Shown in pieces: positions 7,251 through 17,100 of a stretch of 36,832 bases of DNA (the first letter of the stretch is position 1; each line of letters begins with the position of its first letter). The DNA is taken from assembly GCA_964534535.1 (NCBI GenBank), contig CAZHPP010000001.1:1-36832 (forward strand), read 5' to 3'. The notes below the pieces were generated by a model. It worked only from the letters and a program-made list of their open reading frames with translations. It made no database searches and was not told the origin of the DNA. This DNA comes from an uncultured Victivallales bacterium. GTDB taxonomy: Bacteria; Verrucomicrobiota; Lentisphaeria; Victivallales; UBA1829. The position numbers and the translations under genes are program-made.

Positions 7251-8363
7251 ATGAAGATCCTGCAGATACTGACCGAACTCGAACCGGGAGGCGCCGAACG
7301 CGTGGTGCTGAATCTTTCCCGGGGGCTCGTTGCGCACGGGCACACCGTGGCGCTCGCCGTGCTCAAGAATCCGCCCGTCTGCAAGGCGGTCGAGTCCGAA
7401 TTTCTCAAGCTGGGAATCCATCCGTTCTGCGCCGGACTCTGCGGGCCGGCCGATCTTTTCCGGATTTTCGAGCTGCGGAAAAGGCTCCGCGCCTTTGCGC
7501 CTGACGTGGTCCACGCCCATCTGATGCACCCGAACCTGATTTCCCGGCTCGTCGTGCCGGGGTCGGGCGCACGCCTTATCAACACGGTCCACATCTCCGA
7601 ACGCCGCCCCGGAAAACAGGTCTATTTTCTGCTGGACGGGCTCACCTCCGGACTCTGCGGCGCGATCACGGCCGTTTCCAAAGCCTCCGCCGCGTTCCAC
7701 GAGTCGAAAATCCACCTTGCGCACGGCTCGATCCTCGTGGTTCCCAACGGCTGCGACCCCGTCCCGAGAAAATCTCCTGCTGAACTTGCCGAGGCGAAAA
7801 ACCGCTGGCAGGTCAACATGTGCGACAAGCTGATCGGCTGCGTCGGAAGGCTTGTCCCGCAGAAGGGGTTCGACCTCATGATCCGCACCTTCCGCCAGCT
7901 TTCCACGCTGATCCCGAAGGGCCGCACGTGGGGAGTCGTGATCCTGGGCGACGGTCCAGAGCGTGAAACGCTGCGGAATCTCGCCTCCTACAACACCTTC
8001 GGGAACATCATCTTCAAGCTGCCGGGATTCGAGCCGGAAGCCGCTTCGCTCGCCGATGCGTTCGACGCGTTCGCGATGCCCTCCCGCTACGAAGGCTACG
8101 GGCTCACCATGGCCGAGGCGCTCAATCTTGGCCTGCCCGTCGTCTACAATCCCGTCGATTCGCTCCCCGAACTCTGCGAAGGCTATCCCTTCGCCTTCAG
8201 GGCCAATTTCTTCCGGCGGGAAAACGATTCCGCCACGGCGGCCGCGCTCGTCAAGGCCGTCAACCTCGGACGCACCGCCCCGAAAACACTCTTCACCAAC
8301 GAGCAGATGGTGGAGGAATACCTTAAAATCTATGGAAACCCACATGACGGAACCCAGCATTGA
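7251..8363 (+). CDS. Glycosyltransferase family 4 (GT-B fold, 370 aa)
   Basis: GGAGG lies 8 nt upstream. The N-terminal MKILQILTELEPGGAERVVLNL is typical of GT4. The E-x7-E motif is EGYGLTMAE, followed by LNLGLPVV. Confidence 0.85.
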   Translation: MKILQILTELEPGGAERVVLNLSRGLVAHGHTVALAVLKNPPVCKAVESEFLKLGIHPFCAGLCGPADLFRIFELRKRLRAFAPDVVHAHLMHPNLISRLVVPGSGARLINTVHISERRPGKQVYFLLDGLTSGLCGAITAVSKASAAFHESKIHLAHGSILVVPNGCDPVPRKSPAELAEAKNRWQVNMCDKLIGCVGRLVPQKGFDLMIRTFRQLSTLIPKGRTWGVVILGDGPERETLRNLASYNTFGNIIFKLPGFEPEAASLADAFDAFAMPSRYEGYGLTMAEALNLGLPVVYNPVDSLPELCEGYPFAFRANFFRRENDSATAAALVKAVNLGRTAPKTLFTNEQMVEEYLKIYGNPHDGTQH

Positions 8364-9756
8364 CTCCCTTCATTTCGTCGGCGTCGGCGGAATCGGCATG
8401 AGCGCCCTCGCACAGATGAGCGCCTCCCTCGGAATTCCCACGACCGGAAGCGACCGCGCCGCGGACGCCCCCGAAAACGCCAGAATCTTCAACGCGCTCC
8501 ATGCCAAAGGGGTGCGCGTCTTCCCGCAGGACGGCTCCCGCTTCGCAATCCGGCCGTTTCCCTCCGCGCTTGTCTATTCGACCGCGATCGAGGAGAGCAA
8601 TCCCGATTTTGCCGCGGCGAAAGGCATTCCGCGCCTTCACCGCTCCCTGGCCATGAAAATGCTCGTGGAACGTTCCGGAGCCGACATCTTCGCCGTCACC
8701 GGAAGCTGCGGCAAGACCACCGTCTCCGCCTGGCTCGCCGAAGCGCTCGACAGGATCGGCGCAAAACCTTCCATGATCTCCGGCGGACTCGCCGAGCATT
8801 TCGCCCGGAACGGCTTTGCCGGAAACTATCACCAAGGCGAAGGAAAACTCTGCGTGCTGGAAGCCGACGAAAGCGACAAAAGTCTGCTCAACTACACTCC
8901 GGTCCACACGATTGTGCTCAACATCGGGACCGACCACTATTCGAGGGAGGAGCTCGCACGCGTCTTCCGCGAATTCATCCGCCGCACAAAGCGCACCGCC
9001 GTGCTGGAGCCTTCCGTGCTCGAAGCCGTCGGCGGGGACGCCGTCAGCGGGATTGAAACTTCGCTCTTCTCCGCCGATCCGGCCGCGCCGGAAACCGTCG
9101 GAAAGTTCCATGTGTTCCGGGCGACGGACTATGAGGCGGGAAGCGGCGGAGTCTTTGCGTCCGTCGACGGTTTCCGGCTCCGGCTCGCCGCGCCCGGGCT
9201 TCACAACGCCGCGAACGCGGCCGCCGTTTATGCCGCGCTCCGCAATCTGGGATATGCCGCCGCGGAAAGCGCGGAAGCCGTCTCCGGATTTTCCGGGGTC
9301 TGGCGCCGCTTCAATTTCGCCGGAAAGACCGCTTCCGGCGCACAGATTTACGACGACTATGCGCACAACGTGGAAAAGATCCGCTCGTGCATCGACTCCG
9401 TCCACGCGGTTGCGCACGGAAAGGCCGTCTTCGTCTTCCAGCCGCACGGATTCAAACCGTTCGCCTTCATGCGGGAGGAACTGTTCCCGGAACTTGAAAA
9501 GGTCCTGCGCCCCGGCGACGTCTTTGCGTTCCTTCCGGTCTACTACGCGGGCGGAACCGCCGCGTTCTCGCCGACATCGGACGAAGTCGCCGCTGAATAT
9601 TCCGCCAGGCACCCCGGACGCTATCTCCTGTTCCGGGACCGCGCCGAAGCCGCGAAATACATCGCGGAAAACACGGAATCCGGCGGCGCTGCGGCGATCA
9701 TGGGCGCACGAGACAATTCCCTTTCCGCCTGGGCGAAATCCCTGGCGGGGAAATAA
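8332..9756 (+). CDS. murC: UDP-N-acetylmuramate--L-alanine ligase-like Mur ligase (MurC-like, ~474 aa)
   Basis: LHFVGVGGIGMSALAQ is the MurC N-terminal Rossmann motif. The P-loop is GSCGKTTVSAWL, followed by EADESD, NIGTDHY and DDYAHNVEKI, which correspond to conserved MurC blocks. The start is ATG 8332 or ATG 8344; both overlap the GT4 3' end. The ORF-track extension from 7963 is out of frame with GT4 and is Pro/Ser/Arg-rich. Confidence 0.8.
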   Translation: METHMTEPSIDSLHFVGVGGIGMSALAQMSASLGIPTTGSDRAADAPENARIFNALHAKGVRVFPQDGSRFAIRPFPSALVYSTAIEESNPDFAAAKGIPRLHRSLAMKMLVERSGADIFAVTGSCGKTTVSAWLAEALDRIGAKPSMISGGLAEHFARNGFAGNYHQGEGKLCVLEADESDKSLLNYTPVHTIVLNIGTDHYSREELARVFREFIRRTKRTAVLEPSVLEAVGGDAVSGIETSLFSADPAAPETVGKFHVFRATDYEAGSGGVFASVDGFRLRLAAPGLHNAANAAAVYAALRNLGYAAAESAEAVSGFSGVWRRFNFAGKTASGAQIYDDYAHNVEKIRSCIDSVHAVAHGKAVFVFQPHGFKPFAFMREELFPELEKVLRPGDVFAFLPVYYAGGTAAFSPTSDEVAAEYSARHPGRYLLFRDRAEAAKYIAENTESGGAAAIMGARDNSLSAWAKSLAGK

Positions 9757-9771
9757 CCGGCGAGGCCCCCC

Positions 9772-10860
9772 GTGAGCGACACCGCACTCGTCCATTACTG
9801 GCTGACCAACATGCGCGGCGGCGAAAACGTGCTTGCAGAACTCTGCGGGCTCTTTCCGGACGCCGATATTTTCACCCATGCCTGCGCCCGTTCAAAGATG
9901 CCGGGAAAGATTCTTTCCCACAAGATCACGGAAACATTCATCGGCAGACTTCCCGGAGCGCATTCGGGCTGTCAGAAATATCTGCCGCTCATGCCGCTCG
10001 CGCTGAAGCGGCTCGACCTTTCCGGATACCGTCTGATCATTTCCAGCGAATCGGGCCCGGCCAAGGGCTTCCGCAAGCCGGCAGGCGCCTTCCACGTCTG
10101 CTACTGCCACACGCCCATGCGCTATCTCTGGGACATGTATGACGACTATTACCGCGCTGCCGGATTCGCCGGGAAGCTCGCCATGCGGATTTTCCGGGAT
10201 CCGCTCCGCAGGTACGATCTCGCCTCCGCGGACTCCGTCGACCGCTTCATTGCCAACAGCGAGTTCGTGGCGGAACGCATCCGGCGGATTTACGGCCGGG
10301 ATTCAACCGTGATTCATCCGCCTGTCGACACCTCGTTCTTCCAGGCCGCCCGCGAGCCGAAGGAAGATTATTATCTGTTTGCCGGACAGCTGATCGGGTA
10401 CAAGCGTCCCGACCTGGCCGCCGCCGCATGCCGCCGCATGAACCGGAAACTTGTATTCGTGGGCGACGGTCCCATGCGCCGCATGCTGGAACGCCCCGGC
10501 GATCCGCTGATCCGGTTCACGGGCAGGGTTGAGCACGAGGGACTGCGGAAACTTTACGCGGGAGCAAAGGCGCTGATCTTCCCCGGAATTGAGGACTTCG
10601 GAATCGTTCCGCTGGAAGCCCAGGCCGCCGGAACGCCGGTTATTGCACTCGGGAAGGGCGGCGCGCTGGAAACCGTCGTGCCGGAGAAAACCGGAATTTT
10701 CTTCCCGGAACCGGCCGTCGAATCCCTTTGCGGCGCAATCGAACAGTTCGAATCGATGAAATTCGAGGATTCCGTCCTGCGGAAGAATCCGGAACGTTTT
10801 TCCTGCGCCGTATTCGACCATAAATTCATGGACTTCATCCGGGAGGTTTGCCCAATATGA
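9772..10860 (+). CDS. Glycosyltransferase family 4 (362 aa)
   Basis: GTG start with GAGG 6 nt upstream, 15 nt after the murC stop. The N-terminal [15 protein letters not shown] block is present. The E-x7-E motif is EDFGIVPLE, followed by [10 protein letters not shown]. Confidence 0.85.
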   Translation: MSDTALVHYWLTNMRGGENVLAELCGLFPDADIFTHACARSKMPGKILSHKITETFIGRLPGAHSGCQKYLPLMPLALKRLDLSGYRLIISSESGPAKGFRKPAGAFHVCYCHTPMRYLWDMYDDYYRAAGFAGKLAMRIFRDPLRRYDLASADSVDRFIANSEFVAERIRRIYGRDSTVIHPPVDTSFFQAAREPKEDYYLFAGQLIGYKRPDLAAAACRRMNRKLVFVGDGPMRRMLERPGDPLIRFTGRVEHEGLRKLYAGAKALIFPGIEDFGIVPLEAQAAGTPVIALGKGGALETVVPEKTGIFFPEPAVESLCGAIEQFESMKFEDSVLRKNPERFSCAVFDHKFMDFIREVCPI

Positions 10861-11312
10861 GATTTTTATCCGTCTGTGTGCTGGCGCTGGCCGTGAGCGT
10901 TTCCGCCGCGGCGCAGAGTTCCGCCCCCGATCCGGCGCTCGGCGCCAAGCTGACTTCGCTCGGACTCTATCCGAAGACGAACGCCCGCGGCGACTGGGAA
11001 ATCGTGCTGCGGACCGCTCCGAACCGGACTCTTCTGATCACGGTCGAATCGAAAAAACTTTTCTCCATGCACACGGAATGGCGGATGGTTTACGGCGGAT
11101 TCAGGATCAAGCCCTCGGAACAGACGTACCTCTCCCTGCTGGACGCAAACCGTTCCTCCAAGCTGGGAGCCTGGGAAATCGCGCCCGACCGCAAGTTTGC
11201 GGTCTTTACCTGCCGCGTGCCCGCGGATGCCCCGCCCGCCGTGCTGGCCGCGTGCATTGACGCCGTCGCGTCGGCCGTGGATTCCAAGTCTGCCGCACTC
11301 GGCGGCAAATGA
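10857..11312 (+). CDS. Small secreted protein, function unknown (151 aa; faint YbjN-like pattern, unverified)
   Basis: ATGA overlap with the GT4 stop (ATG 10857-10859, TGA 10858-10860). Sec-type signal peptide [21 protein letters not shown]. Confidence 0.7.
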   Translation: MRFLSVCVLALAVSVSAAAQSSAPDPALGAKLTSLGLYPKTNARGDWEIVLRTAPNRTLLITVESKKLFSMHTEWRMVYGGFRIKPSEQTYLSLLDANRSSKLGAWEIAPDRKFAVFTCRVPADAPPAVLAACIDAVASAVDSKSAALGGK

Positions 11313-11352
11313 TTGCTTCAGCGCTGCCGGCGAAGTGAACGCAAATCCGAAC

Positions 11353-11367
11353 CTGCACCGCGTGCAG
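11353..11367. terminator. Short hairpin between convergent genes (CTGCAC-cgc-GTGCAG)
   Basis: 6-bp perfect stem with a 3-nt loop in the 72-nt gap between the stops at 11312(+) and 11385(-). No U-tract, so this is weak. Confidence 0.2.
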
Positions 11368-11375
11368 CGGGAGTG

Positions 11376-11658
11376 TTCCGGAACTCAGTTCAGCTTCCAG
11401 CTTTTTGCGGGGACGCCGTCGAATTCGGAATCCGTGGTGTTCACGCGGATTCTGACTCCGTTTTCATAGGCTGTGTCGTAGAATCCGGGCACCGGCTCAT
11501 GGAACGAGTCGAACGGCACCGTCTGGAGCTTCAGCCTGTTGAAGCAGAGGTCGTAGGCGGGCTTCACCAGTTCGATGGATTTCCTGTAGTCGCCGCCGTT
11601 TCCGCCGTTGTTCCGGTATGAGACTTCCATGCACGGCCTCGCCCCGAACGCCAGCTCG
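11376..11658 (-). repeat. Copy A of a ~283-bp high-identity segment shared by the 3' ends of the two DUF5696-like paralogs
   Basis: Ungapped alignment to 19700-19982 at a constant offset of 8324. I count 21 mismatches in the 274 nt from the stop codon (about 92%), including a 62-nt identical run (11575-11636 = 19899-19960). Identity drops sharply upstream of 11658. Confidence 0.9.
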
Positions 11659-13226
11659 CGGAGCTGTTCCAGATGGACATCCTTGTAATGATGCACCCAA
11701 ATGTTCTGATAGAGGATCAGTCCATGAATGGCGGCATGGAAGAAAGGCACAGAATACGGATCAAGTCTGCGGAAGTTTTCAGGCGCCAGATTGTACCGAT
11801 CCGAATTTTTCTCCGGACAGAAGAGGTGTCCGCACTCGTCAATGAAGGGTAGAACGTAGGATGTAAGGTTTTCAATGGAGACCGCGCCGTAGAGGGCGCG
11901 CGGAATCTCCGTGATTGACGCCAGAGCCAGGGCAAACTGCTTTTCATCGGCGGGGTGGTTCGGTGAATCGCAGCGGAAAAGCGGGGTGGACTGGGAGTCA
12001 AGATAATAATGCCCGTTGAATCCGAGTTCGCGAATGCGCTGGAATTCATATCCGGAACGGCGGATGTAGGCGGTCGGACAGGATCTGTAAGTGAATCCGC
12101 CGCAGAGCAGAGAGCCGCCAACGGGACCTCCGCCTGGAACCCTTGCGGCCAGGGATTCGAATTCCGGGGTATTGGCGCGGATGTCTGTGGCGTTGTCGTG
12201 CGGGACGATTTGATATCCCAGCGCCGCTGCGTGCTGAATCAGGTGTTTCAGGGCCTCTTCGCCGCCGATGGAGGGTTCCACAGGGAAGTGAACGGGATAT
12301 GCACCGTCGTGTCCGCCGAGGTTCCAGCCGACCAGGGTGACGACGGACCGTTCGATGCCGGATTTTTTCATGGTGTCGAGAATCTCCTCCGCTTCCCGGC
12401 AGGAGGTATGCACAACAACGGGGGAAGCACCGTCAAAAGAGGGCTTCTTGTCCGCCATGAAAATCTTGATCCGCAGCGCGTCCGCCGAATAGTTCAAGAC
12501 GGGATTGTTCTCCGCGCGTTCTGCAAGACGGCCGACGCCGCGGTCCTGAAGATGTTTTCGGTAGAGGACGGCGAAGGCTCCATAGTCGGCCCGCCCGGGA
12601 ATTCTGTGATACGAAATGCACCGGTCCTCGGTCGAAACGGAATCGTACGGATTCCTGCGGAAAACAAACTCTCCATAAAGTGAATTGATGCCGTTTCGGT
12701 TGAATTCCGAACGGACATAGCAGTTAAAGTCGCCCGATTCGACAATCGCCAGAGTATTCCGTCCGTCCTGCAGAAGGCCATAACAGTTGAATATGGACGG
12801 CTTCTCCCAATCCCGCTGCTCCGTATAAATCCGTTCGGAATCCGCGGAATGTTCCCTCGGTCTGAAATCAACGAGGACTCCGCTCCAGACGGGAAGAAGA
12901 TAAGCCCCGTCCGCGCCGACTTTTGTGTTCATGTATCCCGGCAGGACGCCGATCCGCATGACCCTCCAAAGTGGAGTTTCCTCCGCAATGGTTCCGCCGC
13001 GGAGGAGAATGCGGAATCCCGTTTCGAACTCTTGAATTTCCACCGGTATTGTGAGTCCGTGAAGGTCGGAACGAAGTAAAATTTTACATACGGTTCCCGA
13101 GCGGTAATCCAGCACCTTCCTGAAATCGGTTAGAAGGATTGTCCGCTCGCAAAGAGTATTGTAAAGTTCAACGGACAGAAATTTGCTGAAAGGCATATCG
13201 TCGGGAAGCAGATCGTTTTGGAACAT
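11385..13226 (-). CDS. DUF5696-like protein, putative TIM-barrel glycoside-hydrolase-like, no signal peptide (613 aa; cassette 1, gene 5)
   Basis: ATG at 13226 (MFQNDLL...) with GAGGAAAA upstream. It is a paralog of 19709-21565. Conserved blocks are VTLVGWNLGGHDGAYP, YQIVPHDN and GHYYLDSQS. The family name is from memory and needs an HMM check. The ORF-track start at 13346 adds 40 poorly coding residues. Confidence 0.75.
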   Translation of the reverse strand: MFQNDLLPDDMPFSKFLSVELYNTLCERTILLTDFRKVLDYRSGTVCKILLRSDLHGLTIPVEIQEFETGFRILLRGGTIAEETPLWRVMRIGVLPGYMNTKVGADGAYLLPVWSGVLVDFRPREHSADSERIYTEQRDWEKPSIFNCYGLLQDGRNTLAIVESGDFNCYVRSEFNRNGINSLYGEFVFRRNPYDSVSTEDRCISYHRIPGRADYGAFAVLYRKHLQDRGVGRLAERAENNPVLNYSADALRIKIFMADKKPSFDGASPVVVHTSCREAEEILDTMKKSGIERSVVTLVGWNLGGHDGAYPVHFPVEPSIGGEEALKHLIQHAAALGYQIVPHDNATDIRANTPEFESLAARVPGGGPVGGSLLCGGFTYRSCPTAYIRRSGYEFQRIRELGFNGHYYLDSQSTPLFRCDSPNHPADEKQFALALASITEIPRALYGAVSIENLTSYVLPFIDECGHLFCPEKNSDRYNLAPENFRRLDPYSVPFFHAAIHGLILYQNIWVHHYKDVHLEQLRELAFGARPCMEVSYRNNGGNGGDYRKSIELVKPAYDLCFNRLKLQTVPFDSFHEPVPGFYDTAYENGVRIRVNTTDSEFDGVPAKSWKLN

Positions 13227-13318
13227 GTTTTTTCCTCTATTTATACGCTTTCCGGACTGAAAAGCCGCAACCGCAAACATGCGGGACTTGCACTTTCTCA
13301 TCATAGAAAGCGTACTGT

Positions 13319-13350
13319 GCCCGTGAAAGACGCCGAATGCGCGCACGGGC
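13319..13350 (-). other. Hairpin in the LamG/DUF5696 spacer of cassette 1 (GCCCGTG-18 nt-CACGGGC)
   Basis: 7-bp perfect stem, 8 nt downstream (minus sense) of the LamG stop at 13359. It lies in a 132-nt gap that is absent from cassette 2, where the equivalent genes overlap. Confidence 0.3.
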
Positions 13351-13358
13351 GGATAAAA

Positions 13359-14141
13359 TTATTTCAGATGGGCCGTCTGAACGGTCGCATCATACAGTTT
13401 TTTGATTTCGCCGTCGGAGAGAGCGCGGTTTAGAATGGTGACTTCATCCACCATGACCCGATAATTCTTCTCCTCTACACCGATCTGAAGCACGGTCATT
13501 TCCCCGCGAAAAATTTTATCCTGGGCGGCGGAGGTGCTTTTCGAACCGTTGACGGATGCGGCAAAATTACCGGAATTCCAAGTTACTGCGATCATTTTCC
13601 ATTCTCCGTTTTTCCAAAGGGAGGCGCGTGCCCTGCCGTAGATCAGGCATTCCATCGGCTTATTCTTTTCCACGTAGTATTGAATGTAGGTGTTGAAGTG
13701 TCCCTGACCCCACTGTTGTCCGCGTATTTTTGAGATGACGAGCGAATAGTCGTAATCCGGTGTACGGGCGCTGCAGAGCATCGCATAGAATCCGGGTTCG
13801 ATGCCGTCCGCCGGCTTTTTCTCCGGCCAGTTCAGGGGACACAGCCAGAGAATGATGGTGCCGGGGCGCAAGAGGTCGGCGTTCTTTTTCGCGTCGAATT
13901 TGATTGTTCCGCGAGCGAGCCCCTTTCCAAAGAGCCCGTTTTCCGCGATGACAGCCCTGGAGACGTCGTTCAGCGGAGCGGATTTTCCGGACGCCAGATC
14001 GGCTTCACACGTTCCGTTGTCGAAGTTCAATGCGAATGTGATGTCCTTTGAGAACATCTTATAAACCGGATTTTCCGGAGCCGCGTCCAGAATCACGCCG
14101 GCGAGAAACGCCGCGAGAAATAGAATCGTCTTTTGCATCAT
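13359..14141 (-). CDS. Secreted LamG/concanavalin-A-like lectin-fold protein (260 aa; cassette 1, gene 4)
   Basis: Signal peptide MMQKTILFLAAFLAGVILDAAP. The tail ...EWKMIAVTWNSG...VNG...VDEVTILNRALSDGEIKKLY is the typical Laminin_G_3 ending. Its start abuts the upstream stop (14142-14144). It is a paralog of 21562-22305. Confidence 0.8.
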   Translation of the reverse strand: MMQKTILFLAAFLAGVILDAAPENPVYKMFSKDITFALNFDNGTCEADLASGKSAPLNDVSRAVIAENGLFGKGLARGTIKFDAKKNADLLRPGTIILWLCPLNWPEKKPADGIEPGFYAMLCSARTPDYDYSLVISKIRGQQWGQGHFNTYIQYYVEKNKPMECLIYGRARASLWKNGEWKMIAVTWNSGNFAASVNGSKSTSAAQDKIFRGEMTVLQIGVEEKNYRVMVDEVTILNRALSDGEIKKLYDATVQTAHLK

Positions 14142-17100
14142 TCAGTTGCCTTTCAGTTTAATGAAGATAAAGTCGTATTTTTTCAGAGGGAAGGAGATGG
14201 CACCGCCGCGCACGGCGAGCGAGGAACCATTTTCCCCGTTGACGGCTGAAAGAATTTTCATGCCGTCAATCCGTACCGACGGTTCCGCATCGTTTCCGTA
14301 ATTGCAGACGACCAGCAGGGCATTCCGTCCCTTTCGAAGGAGAATTGAACTCGTATCGCCGCCGGAAACATGGACGGGATAGTCCTTGTCCCAATAATTG
14401 CGGACTTCGACTCCGTCGGTTCCGTAGCCGAAACGATAGAATTCGAGCAGAATGGAATTGTATACTTTCGAAAACTGGGATCCCTTGCACCACTGCGTCT
14501 CGTGCGTCAGAGCGACTCCAGTCCCGGTTCTCATGCAGAACGCGACCGCATCCCTGGCGTCGTCCATCTTGACGAGGCCGATGACGACCGGAAGATTGCC
14601 GAACTGACGTCCCAGCGACACGGCACGGATGTATTCCCGCGTATAACGTTTCTGAAACGGAGAGGTTCCGAGGTGATCCTCCCAGTCAAGATTCTGCTGG
14701 GCGAAGGCGAGGAGCGGCGCGGCCGCGACATTGGTCATGTGGGCTGTGTTGTTGGGGAGGCGGTTCATCTCCAGCTGCATGACCGCCCCGCGGCGGATCA
14801 TTTCGCGCATGTTGAAGAATCCTGTGGATGGCTGGATTTCACCATTGGAAAGAAGGTAGGTGTCTCCTGTGCCGCTGCGGTCATAATTCGGACTGGGAAA
14901 AACATTGTCCCAGTACAGATTATCGCAGGCTCCGGATTCGAGCATCTTTTTATTCCAGTATATCGCGTAATCCCGGTAGCTCTTCACCGGATCGACACTG
15001 TAGGGGAGACTGGCACTGTATTCCGGTTCCCGGTCGCGCGAAGGCTGGAACTCTTCCTTAAACCAGTCGTCCAGAAAGGTTTTCGATTCCGCGATATCCA
15101 GCCTCTGTCCGCGGAGATTGGTATAGAATGTCACACTGCCGGGGACCGATTTTTTCGCAGTGTTGAACCCGTAGTTCAGTTCATTCCGGAACATGGTCTC
15201 CCAATTCGGACTCGGAAAACGGCTGTAGCCCTTGAGCCATTCTTTCAGGAATTTTTCCGGAATGACCTTTGTTTTCCGGGTTTCCGCGAGTTCCCGCCAG
15301 ATGGAAAGGTCGTAATCCCGGGGATGCAGACTGCTGCCTATTCCGCCCTCGCAGTAGCTGCTTCCGTACCACGAAATCCAGTAGTCCAGATACGGTTTAA
15401 GCGCCTCGGCGGCATCCCAGGCCGCGAAGCGCCTGCGCCAGTGCGGAGGCATAGGTTTCACCGGAGTCGCCTGGAATCCGAGTGTGATCACGCGCGGCGC
15501 GTTCAATACCACGGGTTCCGCAAAAAGATTCAGCGTCAGGACGACTTTCCCTTTTTCACGGACGAGGGACTGCGCCGGGACGTCTTTCGATACGCTCCAG
15601 TTCCTGTCATTTTCTCCGAAAACCGAAAGCCCGCGTCCTTCCGTCCCCAACCAGAGATAGGGACACCAGCTGGTGCGTAAACTGAACTTGGGCGCTTCAA
15701 TCGAGTTCCAACGCGCAGGTGTTCTTCCGCCATAGTTCTGGCGCAGTCCGTCAGCACACGCATGAAACAGATACGCGTTTTTTTCGTCCATGGGGATCCT
15801 GAGTTCCAGGGCGTCCGCACGGACGCCGTTCCCCTCGAATTCGAGTTCGCACTTCATCATGCCGTCATAGTCGTACCGGAAGCGGGTACGGCCCTTCAGC
15901 GGTCCGCAGGACCAGTCCGCGCGCCCTTCGACCGCGGTTTCAGTGCATCTTGTAAAACGGACTCCTTCGCCGCGGACGCGGAAGGTTTCACCTCCGATTT
16001 TCGCAGCGAGCGTTATGCCGCCGTCAAGCAGAAGGGGTTCTCCTTCGGCTGTCACCTGCCTCCAGAGTCCGGCGGGGCTCATTTCGTGTTCCCTGAGTAT
16101 CGTTGAGACGCGGAAGCCGTCGACCTTGATCGCGGTGAACGGAGGGATCAGAATATCACTCATTCCGATCCGGTTGTCCTCCCATGCAAAGAGTTTCCGT
16201 TCAAATTTTTTGATGATTTTTTCCCCGCCGGCCATCACTTCCAGACGATATTCTCCGGAAGGATTGCGTTTCCGGGTATACTCCCTCAGATCCGGGAGCC
16301 GGAGAAGAAGTTCGGATTGTCCGTTTCGCAAGGCGGGAAAAACGCCGGAAACAAGTTTTTCCCCGTTTTTTCCGAAGACTTCCGCTGCGGGCAGCGGCTC
16401 CTTTTCCGGATGTTCGAGAGCAGAGAGATCCAGCCTGCAGAAAAGTCGGTTCGAAGATGGATAGAATGCGAATTTCAAAGAAATTTTTTCAACCGTCGAT
16501 CCTGTTTTTTCGAAGACCTTCCGGCGGGTTGTGTCCCATGTGAAGACGCGTCGCCAGAAGATGTCCTTTTCGTCTTCCGATGCGACCTCGAAAAAAAGTC
16601 GCGCGGTTTCCCCCGGAGTCAGTTGCGGAACCGGGAGATTCATCTTTTTCTCTTCTCCCGTTCCCAGTTCCAGCACGGTCTTCGAGTCCACGGATTGAGA
16701 CGCGCTGGGATTCAGGGCGTACCGCACCCGCAGACGCACCGGAGCCCCCGGATTGAAAATGGAAGCCGCGGGTGCCGGTTTCCCGTCACGGGTCAGTTCC
16801 GTGAACCGAATTGAGGGGGCACCGGTACGGAAACGAATTCGCGGGATCGAATCGCATCCTTCGAACGAAACGGACCGGTGCGACCAGCAGCTTTGAGCCA
16901 GTCCGCTTTTGTCGTAATGTCTTGCGATCCGCTGCCAGTTTCTGCAGAATCTAAGACCGATCTCGCGTCCTTCAAGCGGTGGTGTCACTCCGAACTGTTC
17001 CAGAGGAAGCATGGTTTCCATGGTCCAGATCCCTTTTTCAACAGTTCCCTTGGACAGGAAGACCGGATTCCATACGACTCCTGTGCCGTTCTTCCGCGCG

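Noticed and set aside
7963-8331. N-terminal extension of the MurC ORF (597-aa version)
   Set aside because: The extension overlaps the GT4 gene in another frame and encodes Pro/Ser/Arg-rich sequence. The MurC Rossmann motif begins right after the ATG at 8332/8344.
7080-9879. Minus-strand ORFs 7080-8360 (426 aa) and 8323-9879 (518 aa)
   Set aside because: They are antisense to the GT4 and MurC-like genes, which carry the EX7E and Mur-ligase P-loop motifs. The translations are Arg/Gly/Glu-rich with no motifs.
11313-11621. Plus-strand ORFs 11313-11621 and 19466-19945 with identical C-terminal peptides
   Set aside because: The shared peptide simply reflects the high-identity nucleotide segment at the 3' ends of the DUF5696-like genes read on the opposite strand. 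It is not an independent conserved gene.
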